Shown: positions 48,352 through 55,311 of the stretch, one piece after another | Layout of the letters: every line of letters starts with the position of its first letter | Position numbering within the stretch: position 1 is the first letter of the stretch | Virus record (IMG/VR): IMGVR_UViG_3300023109_000007 | Coordinates: 32,001 to 96,000 of that record | DNA: 64,000 bases | Origin: a virus | Strand: one strand, 5' to 3' | Translations under genes and position numbers: made by a program | The notes under the pieces: model-generated | The model's input: only the letters and a program-made list of their open reading frames with translations | Told to the model about the DNA's origin: nothing | The model's database searches: none

Positions 48352-50120
48352 TACGAATTAAAGATTTAACAGTTAAAAACTTCATGAGTGTGGGCAATCA
48401 AACCCAGGCTGTAGATTTTAATCGAGAACAATTAACACTAGTACTTGGTGAAAATTTAGACCAAGGTGGTGATGATACTGGATCAAGAAACGGTACAGGC
48501 AAAACTACAATAATTAATGCACTAAGTTATGCATTATATGGTACTGCCTTAACTAATATTAAACGAAATAATCTTATAAACAAGACTAATTCTAAAGGTA
48601 TGTTAGTTACACTTCATTTTGAAAAGAATGGTGTTGATTATAGAATTGAACGAGGTAGATCACCTAACATTCTAAAGTTCTACATTAACGAACAAGAACA
48701 AGAAATGATTGACGAGTCGCAAGGTGATAGCCGAAAAACACAAGAGTCAATCCACGAATTGCTAGGTATGAGTCATGATATGTTTAAGCACATTGTTGCA
48801 CTAAACACATACTCTGAGCCGTTCTTATCTATGAGAGCTAATGACCAACGTGCAATCATCGAACAGTTACTTGGTATTACTATACTAACTGAAAAAGCAG
48901 ATAGACTTAAAGAAAGTGTTAAACAAACTAAAGATAGTATTACAACTGAAACTTTAAAGATAGAAGCTATACAAACAGCTAACAGTAAGATTGAAGGGAC
49001 AATTTCTAGTTTACAAAGAACACAGCGGGCGTGGCTTTCTAAGAAATCACAAGACGTTGAAAAACTAACCTTAGGAATTGACGAATTAGAACATGTAAAC
49101 ATTGACATTGAACTAGAATCGCATGAAAAACTATCAAATTGGACTGATCATAACAATGCTATTTTGGCTCTTAAAAAAGAACTTAGTACTTTGGAACCGG
49201 CACTACAACGTGCTGATAAGAGTGTAACAAAACTTGTTAAAGATGTCGCAGATTTAGAAGATGCTACGTGTTATACATGTGGACAAGAGCTACATGCAGA
49301 CAAAAAAGCAGAAATTGCAGAACGTAAAGAAAAAGAATTAGATGATGCAAAAGCATATGCACTAGAAATTACTACTAAAGTAAAAGACGTTATGCTTGCT
49401 TTGGATAAAATAGGTGACATTAATGGTAAGCCTACTACATTCTATGAAACTGCTAAAGAAGCATATGAGCATAGACAAAATGTTGATAGTTTAAGGACTG
49501 CACTTGTTTCAAAACAAAATGAAACTGATCCTTATCAAACGCAGATTGACGAATTAAACAACAGTGCTATACAAGAAATCAATTGGGACGAAATTAACGT
49601 ATTAACAGATTATAAAGAACATCAAGAATTTTTGTTAAAGTTACTAACAAACAAAGATAGCTTTATTCGTAAGAAAATTATTGATCAAAATTTAGCATAC
49701 TTAAATAATCGGTTGTCTTATTATTTAGACAAACTAGGATTGCCTCATCAGGTTGTGTTTTTAAATGATTTAAATGTTGAAATTACACAATTAGGACAAG
49801 ATTTAGACTTTGATAATTTATCAAGAGGAGAGCGTAATAGACTTATACTCGGCTTGTCGTTTGCATTTAGAGATGTTTGGGAGAGTTTATATCAAGGCGT
49901 AAACTTGTTGTTTATTGACGAACTTATTGACAGTGGTATGGATGCTGCCGGTGTTGAAAATTCATTAAGCATCTTAAAGAAAATGGGTAGAGAACGTGAA
50001 AAGAACATTTATCTTATTTCGCACAAAGACGAACTAATTGGTCGTGTTAATCATGTTCTAAAAGTTATCAAAGAAAATGGATTTACAAATTATGAAAATG
50101 ATATTGAAGTTGTAGAATAA
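48348..50120 (+). CDS. gp46: Recombination ATPase subunit (Rad50/SbcC-like)
   Basis: KNFMSVGN, Walker A NGTGKTT, Zn hook CYTC, signature LSRGE, Walker B FIDE and ISH. Confidence 0.93.
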   Translation: MIRIKDLTVKNFMSVGNQTQAVDFNREQLTLVLGENLDQGGDDTGSRNGTGKTTIINALSYALYGTALTNIKRNNLINKTNSKGMLVTLHFEKNGVDYRIERGRSPNILKFYINEQEQEMIDESQGDSRKTQESIHELLGMSHDMFKHIVALNTYSEPFLSMRANDQRAIIEQLLGITILTEKADRLKESVKQTKDSITTETLKIEAIQTANSKIEGTISSLQRTQRAWLSKKSQDVEKLTLGIDELEHVNIDIELESHEKLSNWTDHNNAILALKKELSTLEPALQRADKSVTKLVKDVADLEDATCYTCGQELHADKKAEIAERKEKELDDAKAYALEITTKVKDVMLALDKIGDINGKPTTFYETAKEAYEHRQNVDSLRTALVSKQNETDPYQTQIDELNNSAIQEINWDEINVLTDYKEHQEFLLKLLTNKDSFIRKKIIDQNLAYLNNRLSYYLDKLGLPHQVVFLNDLNVEITQLGQDLDFDNLSRGERNRLILGLSFAFRDVWESLYQGVNLLFIDELIDSGMDAAGVENSLSILKKMGREREKNIYLISHKDELIGRVNHVLKVIKENGFTNYENDIEVVE

Positions 50121-50311
50121 TGGATGATACACAAGATAAATTAGCTCAAGCATATTTAGAATACTTTCGAGCAAACGAGCTGTTTGAAACACGGAATAGT
50201 GTACGTACACACAGGTATGTAAGAAAATGTTTAAGAGATATTAGATCACTTGCAAAAGACAGAATGGAAGAAATACACGTAAAGTATTTGGATAAGAAAA
50301 ATAATGTTTAA
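50120..50311 (+). CDS. Small basic helical protein (possibly Hc1/histone-H1-like DNA-binding family)
   Basis: 63 aa, translationally coupled; RYVRKCLRDIRSLAKDRMEEI resembles the R.RK.L..I..L.K..R.EI pattern. Confidence 0.5.
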   Translation: MDDTQDKLAQAYLEYFRANELFETRNSVRTHRYVRKCLRDIRSLAKDRMEEIHVKYLDKKNNV

Positions 50312-51023
50312 TATTTGGAAAAAGAAAGAAAAATTACACATAGATTGCTTTACTAATTTTGGTGGTATTACTAAACTTTTTCCAATAGAATCTAGTTCTG
50401 CTTTCATGCCTGAATGGTTTAAAAAGTTGCCTACAACAGCACAAACTGATACTGGCGGTAATGTAGGAACTGTAAAATTATGTCCTGGAATAACTGATAC
50501 ATTAAAGGCCGGTATTGTTATTCCTGTTTGGTGTGATATGTTTGTAGATCATGCAAACGGAGTTGTTAAAACTGAGCCAGAAGAAATGGCAGACGGACAT
50601 CCAAGTTGGCAATGGGGGAATCATTCATTGTTTAAAGGTTATCATCATTTAAAGATTTCATCACCTTGGCGATTTAGAGAAAAAACAGGTGCAAAATTTA
50701 TGATGACTAATTCTTTTTGGAATGATCCTCAAACTAATTATTTTGTTCCAAATGGTATTTTAGATTTCAAATATCAAACTACAACTAATATTAATATTTG
50801 GATACCGAAAAATAAATTTGGAGGTAGCGGAAAATTTTTACTCGAAGCAGGAAATCCGCTAGTACAAATAATTCCATTAGAGGATAAAGAAATTGTAATT
50901 CATATGCAAGAAGTTGGTGATGATGTATTTTACGGAGACGAATTAGATTATATCTTTACACAAAAAGGCATGTATTATAAGAGAAAAAACATTTTGTCCA
51001 AACGAGAAGGCAAAAAGACTTAG
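50304..51023 (+). CDS. Conserved phage hypothetical protein (possible dUTPase-like beta fold)
   Basis: PEWFKKL..T.K.CPGI.D..G...P.W.D, KI.SPW, G.LD and AG.PL.QIIP pattern, common in aquatic phages. Confidence 0.55.
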   Translation: MFNIWKKKEKLHIDCFTNFGGITKLFPIESSSAFMPEWFKKLPTTAQTDTGGNVGTVKLCPGITDTLKAGIVIPVWCDMFVDHANGVVKTEPEEMADGHPSWQWGNHSLFKGYHHLKISSPWRFREKTGAKFMMTNSFWNDPQTNYFVPNGILDFKYQTTTNINIWIPKNKFGGSGKFLLEAGNPLVQIIPLEDKEIVIHMQEVGDDVFYGDELDYIFTQKGMYYKRKNILSKREGKKT

Positions 51024-51040
51024 GCACACATATATACTGG

Positions 51041-51490
51041 ATGCAGTGGACATTTGAAGGTAAAATAATAGACGAAATACCAGAAGAGTACGAAGGCTTT
51101 GTTTATCTTATTACAAATATCACTACAGGACAAAAATACATAGGCAAGAAACTAGCAAAATTTAAAACTACTAAGCCACCGCTTAAAGGCAGAAAAAATA
51201 AACGACGAGGCTATAAAGAAAGCGACTGGAGAACATACTACGGTAGTTCAGACAGACTAAACGCAGACGTAGCATCAATAGGCTCAGATAAGTTTACAAG
51301 AGAAATATTATACCTATGTAAAGGTAGGGGCGAAATGTCCTACATAGAGGCAAGAGAACAGTTTGATAGGCGAGTACTTGAAACTGATGATTACTATAAC
51401 GGTATCATCAATGTTAGAGTAGGCGGTTCAGACAAACTCAAACAGGCATTGCTAGAACAAAACATCAAGGCAAAACAATCTAACACATAA
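51041..51490 (+). CDS. Standalone GIY-YIG family nuclease
   Basis: GFVYLITN...KYIGKK (GIY-YIG), YYGSS, conserved E (YIEAREQ) and YYN. Only 149 aa, with no extra DNA-binding tail. Confidence 0.85.
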   Translation: MQWTFEGKIIDEIPEEYEGFVYLITNITTGQKYIGKKLAKFKTTKPPLKGRKNKRRGYKESDWRTYYGSSDRLNADVASIGSDKFTREILYLCKGRGEMSYIEAREQFDRRVLETDDYYNGIINVRVGGSDKLKQALLEQNIKAKQSNT

Positions 51491-51870
51491 GGTTGGCGGG
51501 CCAGATTAATTTACCGCTGTGGAAAAAGCTCTCGTATAGAAGCACACGTAACACGTTGAGTCGCGTCTGGTAATAAGGCGTTGGATTGACGTAGATTGAA
51601 TGTTAGCAATTGAAAAACACAACACAGTACATAAAAACCCTTTAGCACTAGGAACGAAGCGAGGGAATAGTGTTACATATAATGTACATTGTATATTATA
51701 AGCAACATAATGTCGACGTAGGTTGGGAAAGGTCAGAGCCCATTGTACTTTGTGTATAAACAATTACCTACTTCCAATGTCTTGGCTGGTGCAGACTCAC
51801 ATGAAGCGCATTTTGAGATTAGATGGGACCGTAACAGGTTCCGTCTGACTGAAACAATCTACATGAAACT
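51491..51870 (+). ncRNA. Candidate large structured non-coding RNA (unassigned family)
   Basis: The longest non-coding gap in a tightly packed genome. It has many stems needing G-U pairs on the + strand, an 8-bp long-range helix (51591-51598/51855-51862) and a loop-distal pairing (51731-51737/51844-51850). Confidence 0.65.
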
Positions 51871-51874
51871 TAAA

Positions 51875-51984
51875 CATTATTACATTCGTAATAATGCATT
51901 TGTATCATATTCATTACTTCTATCAACAAACGAAGTATGTAGTTTGAGCGTTAAGCGAAAACAAATATCTACGAAGTAGATATT
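51875..51984. repeat. Cluster of short inverted repeats / hairpins
   Basis: CATTATTAC-ATTC-GTAATAATG (51875-51896); TACTTC..GAAGTA (51915-51937); GTTT-GA-GC-GTTAA-GC-GA-AAAC (51942-51962); AATATCTAC-GAA-GTAGATATT (51964-51984). Confidence 0.8.
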
Positions 51985-51996
51985 GAAACTATATAA

Positions 51997-52004
51997 TATA
52001 AATA
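51997..52004 (+). promoter_or_regulatory. T4-type late promoter
   Basis: Exact TATAAATA, 25 nt upstream of ATG 52030. Confidence 0.8.
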
Positions 52005-52029
52005 CATTAACTATTAAGGATTCTTCTAG

Positions 52030-52572
52030 ATGAAAATTGATGAAATTGAAAAACTTGATGAAGTGCCTGCAGGTATGCTAGGACAAGCTGGTAAAAAGCT
52101 TGGAGCAAAAGTATTAAACAAAATACCAGGTGGTGCTGCTAAATCAAAAGCTGCTAATATGGCTGCACAAGCTGACTTGGGAGATACTGCAAATAATTTA
52201 CATAAAGAATTTAATGCTCACCTTGGGTCTAAACAACTAACAATGGCACAAGCAACTGGAGAAGAATTAGTTGCTTTTCTAAAAACAAAGAATCACAAGA
52301 CTGCTGCTAGAATACCTTCTGGTGTATTACAAAAACAGCAACTTGATGCAGTACTAATGGCAGTTGCAAAAGAAGCAACGGCAGCACAAGCTGCTGCTCC
52401 GGCTGCAAATGCACCAGTAGATGCTAACAAAGATGGTATAGATGACAATACAGGAAAGCCAATCAAAGCTGCTCCTGCGGCTGGTGCAAAACCTAAAATA
52501 CCAGCAGACATTATGGCACAACTACAAAAACTTAGTCTTGAGCAAAAACAACAGTTGGCAGAGCTACTATGA
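52030..52572 (+). CDS. Putative head-internal virion protein
   Basis: Late promoter; N-terminal MKIDEIEKLDE, like a capsid-targeting/gp21-cleaved leader; Ala/Lys-rich. Confidence 0.5.
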   Translation: MKIDEIEKLDEVPAGMLGQAGKKLGAKVLNKIPGGAAKSKAANMAAQADLGDTANNLHKEFNAHLGSKQLTMAQATGEELVAFLKTKNHKTAARIPSGVLQKQQLDAVLMAVAKEATAAQAAAPAANAPVDANKDGIDDNTGKPIKAAPAAGAKPKIPADIMAQLQKLSLEQKQQLAELL

Positions 52573-54146
52573 AACTAAATGAAGTAACATTATTTGAAAA
52601 CAAATCACATCGTATACTGCAAGAAGGTTGGCAAGATCTAACTGAAGCACAAAAGTTGTATCAGTCTAGATGGGAAAGAGAACTTTGGCCATTATTAGAA
52701 CAGTATGTACAATTATGTGAAAATAAGTTAACTCCAGACGAAATACAAAAAGTATTTACAAGTGCAGAACAAGTGCAAAATGCACTAGGAAAAAATACTA
52801 ACGCTTTAGGCAAAGCAGGTAACGCAGCAAAAGCTGCTGCAAAACTACCAATTGATTTAGCTAAAAAAATTGATGCTAAAATTACCGAATTAGGCAGAGC
52901 TGCTCAAAATGCTGAAGCAGTAGTAAATGCAGATGCAAAATTTGAAAAACTAAAAGCTGATATTATGAAATCTAAGCCTGACAACAAAGTTGTTAAAGGC
53001 ATAACGGCTGTAAGCGATTGGGCAAAAGAGAATCCTGGTAAAGCAAGTATTGCTGTAGGTATCTTAACAACCATTGCTGCATTTGCAGGCGGTCCTGCAG
53101 GCGGTTTAGCAGCAGGTATGATATTAAGATCAACAAAAGAGCTATTGCAAGGTGAAAAACTTTCAACAGCAATTGGCAAATCAGTTAAAACAGCAGCCTA
53201 TGGTGCTATTGCTGGCTGGGCGTTGCAAGGAATTGGTGAATGGTTTGAAGGTTTACGTTATGATGCTGTACCTTTTGAACAATCAGAAGGGCTTGTAACA
53301 CTAGAAATTGGATTTAAAGACAATATTAGTTGGCCTGGATTTGAATCTACTCGAGAAATAGGTAGTATGGTGCTTCCAGAAAGTCAATTATCTGAATTTA
53401 CACAACTACTTGATCAAATGAAAGCAGCAACAGCAGTTGTTAATCCAACAACTGATCCTGGAGCATTAAATGCCTTTGATGAACTTTGGAAATTTACAAA
53501 AGAATTTGATACACAAGAATTTATTGCCAATATGAATCTAAATAACGAAATTGCTCAAATGGTTGCTGCTGAAAACGATGCATTCCTACAAAGCATGAAA
53601 GTTATTAATGACGGATTAGCATCAATTGCACAAGGTAGTATTACTGCAAAAGGCGAAAACACTCCAGTTAAAGTAGGTAGTGAAGAATATACTGCAAAAG
53701 ACACTGCAAAAGCTGAATCTTTAGATATGAACGACAGATTTGCTCAGTATTTGAAAGAAAGACAAGTAGACGAAGCACCATTTGGCGATATGATCAAAAA
53801 AGGTGCTAAAGCAGCCGGCGGAGCCATTGCAAAAGGTGCTAAAGCAGTAGGTGCTAAAGCAAAAGAAGTTGGAAAAGAGCTAGGAAGTATTGCTACAGCT
53901 AAAAAACTAAATGCAATGTGGGTAAAGGCAGGAAAACCAATGGATGTAGGAAGTATTGTTAACATATTGCAGCAAGGCGGTGTGCAAGACAAAACTATTT
54001 CTACAATTGCTAAACAATCTAACGTTGCATTGCCAATACCTAAGGATGCTAATGCAGTTGATCCTAAGATGCAAGCATTAGCTGACCAAATTAAACAATT
54101 AGGTGTGGCTCAAACTGTTAAAGCAATGCTAACACAGCAAGTATAA
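52569..54146 (+). CDS. Putative head-internal/ejected virion protein with a hydrophobic segment
   Basis: MKLNEVTLFE leader, Gly/Ala hydrophobic stretch ASIAVGILTTIAAFAGGPAGGLAAGMIL; co-transcribed from the late promoter. Confidence 0.5.
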   Translation: MKLNEVTLFENKSHRILQEGWQDLTEAQKLYQSRWERELWPLLEQYVQLCENKLTPDEIQKVFTSAEQVQNALGKNTNALGKAGNAAKAAAKLPIDLAKKIDAKITELGRAAQNAEAVVNADAKFEKLKADIMKSKPDNKVVKGITAVSDWAKENPGKASIAVGILTTIAAFAGGPAGGLAAGMILRSTKELLQGEKLSTAIGKSVKTAAYGAIAGWALQGIGEWFEGLRYDAVPFEQSEGLVTLEIGFKDNISWPGFESTREIGSMVLPESQLSEFTQLLDQMKAATAVVNPTTDPGALNAFDELWKFTKEFDTQEFIANMNLNNEIAQMVAAENDAFLQSMKVINDGLASIAQGSITAKGENTPVKVGSEEYTAKDTAKAESLDMNDRFAQYLKERQVDEAPFGDMIKKGAKAAGGAIAKGAKAVGAKAKEVGKELGSIATAKKLNAMWVKAGKPMDVGSIVNILQQGGVQDKTISTIAKQSNVALPIPKDANAVDPKMQALADQIKQLGVAQTVKAMLTQQV

Positions 54147-54359
54147 TTAAAAATAAGGTAAACCAGACTTTTTAGTAACTTCTATGTTCTCTTTTACTAT
54201 AGAAGCAATAATTTCTCTGTCTTCATAACACAAACCAAACACTTCGTCAGTTGTAACTCCGCCACGCATTGCCCAAGCCATTTTAAATAGTTCTGATTTG
54301 AGGGCTTTTTGTTCATTTTCTAACGTTTTGGCTTCTTCTAGGATCTCGTCAAGCCCCAT
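54147..54359 (-). CDS. Tail/baseplate chaperone C-terminal extension (gpT/gp51-like), probably reached by -1 frameshift
   Basis: In the -1 frame of the upstream gene and open from the slippery site. W.MRGGVT.DE...L..EDR.I resembles tail-chaperone extension segments. Confidence 0.7.
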   Translation of the reverse strand: MGLDEILEEAKTLENEQKALKSELFKMAWAMRGGVTTDEVFGLCYEDREIIASIVKENIEVTKKSGLPYF

Positions 54360-54386
54360 TGACAGGATCCTTATGCGAAAAAATTT
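54340..54386 (-). other. Programmed -1 ribosomal frameshift signal
   Basis: A AAT TTT TTC slippery run (54386-54377), 5-nt spacer, then hairpin AGGATCCTGTCAA-TGGGGC-TTGACGAGATCCT (54371-54340). Confidence 0.75.
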
Positions 54387-55234
54387 GATTGATCGAATGT
54401 TATAGGTATTTCAAAAGTTTCAGGTGCACCTTCTTCAATTTCTTCTAAAGTACTTTCAACTTTCATTGGTTCAATATTAAATTTTACTTTTTGTGTTTCC
54501 AAATGATCTAAAATATCATTAAAGAACTCTTTATCTGCATTGTCAATAAATTCTTGTATATGTAAGGGGTTATCTACAACTTGATCTTCAACTTCAATAC
54601 TCTTAATACTTGTTGCTAACATGTTTACAGTCATTTGTGTGAGTTTTGCAAATGCTACATTAAACTTTTCAATCTTATCTTCATCTGGTATGTCATCATC
54701 ATTAACAATTCTAAAGATTCTTTGCTCTTCAAACGTTTTCATAGCATTACGTGTGAATTCTTTATAAGTTAACGGTGCTAAATTTACTACCATATCGCCA
54801 ACTTGAATACGATCATCAAAATGAGTGTTGGTTATCTTATTCAACATCTGTCTAAGATCCATATTATAATCACGTTCGCTTGTTGTATTAGGCGTAGTGT
54901 ACGAAATCTGCATATGTTCACCGTATGTAGCAATACGTATAGCAATTAATATAGCATCTAAGTCTACACTAGGCATTCCCCAAGCGTTTTTTATATTTGG
55001 AATACAACTTTGTATTACATCAACTGTACTTTGTCCGTTTAATAACGCATCTGGTGTTTTCATAGCTAATTCATCTTTAGCTGTCATAGCAAATACTGGC
55101 AATTCTCCAGTTTCGGTCATTTCAATTGCACCGTCTGGGTAGTATTTTCCTCTACTTGGTAAATCTAAATAAACTTTAGGCTGTCGATAGAACTTCTTTA
55201 AAGGGTTTGCACCGGGTGCAGTAATTTCTGGCAT
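54371..55234 (-). CDS. Baseplate hub / tail assembly chaperone, gp26-like
   Basis: LPSRGKYY, MTAKDEL..KTPDALLNG and D.DAILIAIRIATYG motifs; adjacent to the tape measure gene. Confidence 0.7.
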   Translation of the reverse strand: MPEITAPGANPLKKFYRQPKVYLDLPSRGKYYPDGAIEMTETGELPVFAMTAKDELAMKTPDALLNGQSTVDVIQSCIPNIKNAWGMPSVDLDAILIAIRIATYGEHMQISYTTPNTTSERDYNMDLRQMLNKITNTHFDDRIQVGDMVVNLAPLTYKEFTRNAMKTFEEQRIFRIVNDDDIPDEDKIEKFNVAFAKLTQMTVNMLATSIKSIEVEDQVVDNPLHIQEFIDNADKEFFNDILDHLETQKVKFNIEPMKVESTLEEIEEGAPETFEIPITFDQSNFFA

Positions 55235-55245
55235 GAGCGTCTCCG

Positions 55246-55285
55246 TATAAATACATTATATAAATATGTATCGTTATTATTTATG
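55246..55285. promoter_or_regulatory. Overlapping divergent late promoters
   Basis: TATAAATA at 55246-55253 and 55259-55266 (+); CATAAATA at 55285-55278 (-). Confidence 0.7.
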
Positions 55286-55311
55286 TGCGCACTTAACTGG
55301 ACTTTTGATAA

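Noticed and set aside
49810-49840. LSRGE in place of LSGGE as a sign of an inactive Rad50
   Set aside because: All other ABC-ATPase motifs are intact, and signature variants are common in phage gp46.
51718-51870. Resemblance to RNase P (GGAAAG..), group II intron domain V or a hammerhead core
   Set aside because: Full conserved cores (GAGGAAAGUCC/ACAGAACCCGGC, the AGC triad helix, CUGAUGA..GAAA) are absent, and no interrupted gene flanks the region.
51506-51979. Track ORFs 51506..51763 (-) and 51743..51979 (+)
   Set aside because: Short, no convincing RBS, atypical composition; the region is better explained by base-paired structure.
54140-54155. Terminator at the convergent gene junction
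   Set aside because: Stop codons abut directly (TAATTA) with no hairpin or U-tract.
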